Assembly (NCBI GenBank): GCA_031835245.2
Contig: JAVKOQ020000082.1
Location: 124,001 to 188,000 of the forward strand
DNA from: Balamuthia mandrillaris
Lineage: Eukaryota
DNA: 64,000 nt
Direction of reading: 5' to 3'
Shown here: positions 63,651-64,000 of the stretch, in pieces
How positions within the stretch are numbered: position 1 is the stretch's first letter
How the letters are laid out: every line of letters starts with the position of its first letter
Made by a program: the position numbers and the translations under genes
Notes under the pieces: model-generated
The model's database searches: none
The model's input: only the letters and a program-made list of their open reading frames with translations
What the model was told of the DNA's origin: nothing

Positions 63651-64000
63651 ACTTAAGTTGATGGACTAAAAGCAAGAATTAGGGGGAGAGAAAAGAAAGA
63701 ATCATAAGTATTGGTGTGAGTGATAATGAAAGATAGAAAATGCAGCACCAGCCCCATGGCAATTGGCCTAAAAAGAAAAGAGAGGAGAGGAAGGAGCTGT
63801 GCTGTACAAAATAAACAATAAAAGATATCAATATTATGGTTTCCTCGTTTTAGGTTTAATGAGTGAAAATGGGCATGATTGGGTGGCTGGATTGTTTTTG
63901 TGGAGAATAATATCATATCCAGGTTTCCTTAATCCTCTGAACGGGATGATGACATCAAATGTGATTTACTTTTTCTATGGAGCCAAGTAAGATAATCTGA

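Overview
This is gene-dense, intron-rich eukaryotic nuclear DNA with short introns full of (CT)n tracts. Gene content (a Frizzled/Smoothened-like receptor, an HA-domain protein) suggests an amoebozoan protist; that assignment is inference. About 24 spliced genes can be read: a DEP+LNS2 protein, an HA-domain protein, bZIP, SGF11, an SLC35 transporter, RPL18, UTP4, a Gbp-like RRM protein, RPL23A, ATG9, USP14, UBE2T, an intact TERT, a TVP38/VTT protein, DOHH, a Frizzled-like GPCR, SLC26, SAM synthetase, BAR-RasGAP, a BSD protein and a CUE-SKICH protein, plus a decayed CpG-poor kinase locus at the right end. Highlights: (1) an in-frame fusion of sepiapterin reductase and adenosine kinase, with the junction inside a single exon; (2) a ~255-nt highly structured, oligo-T-terminated minus-strand RNA candidate with vault-RNA-like motifs between ATG9 and USP14; (3) TERT and UBE2T head-to-head with only 65 bp between start codons; (4) a TTAGGG tract 2 kb downstream of TERT; (5) a perfect 35-bp intronic inverted repeat; (6) a recurring palindromic promoter motif, TGTCGACA. 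Exon boundaries were inferred by eye, and CDS coordinates span introns.
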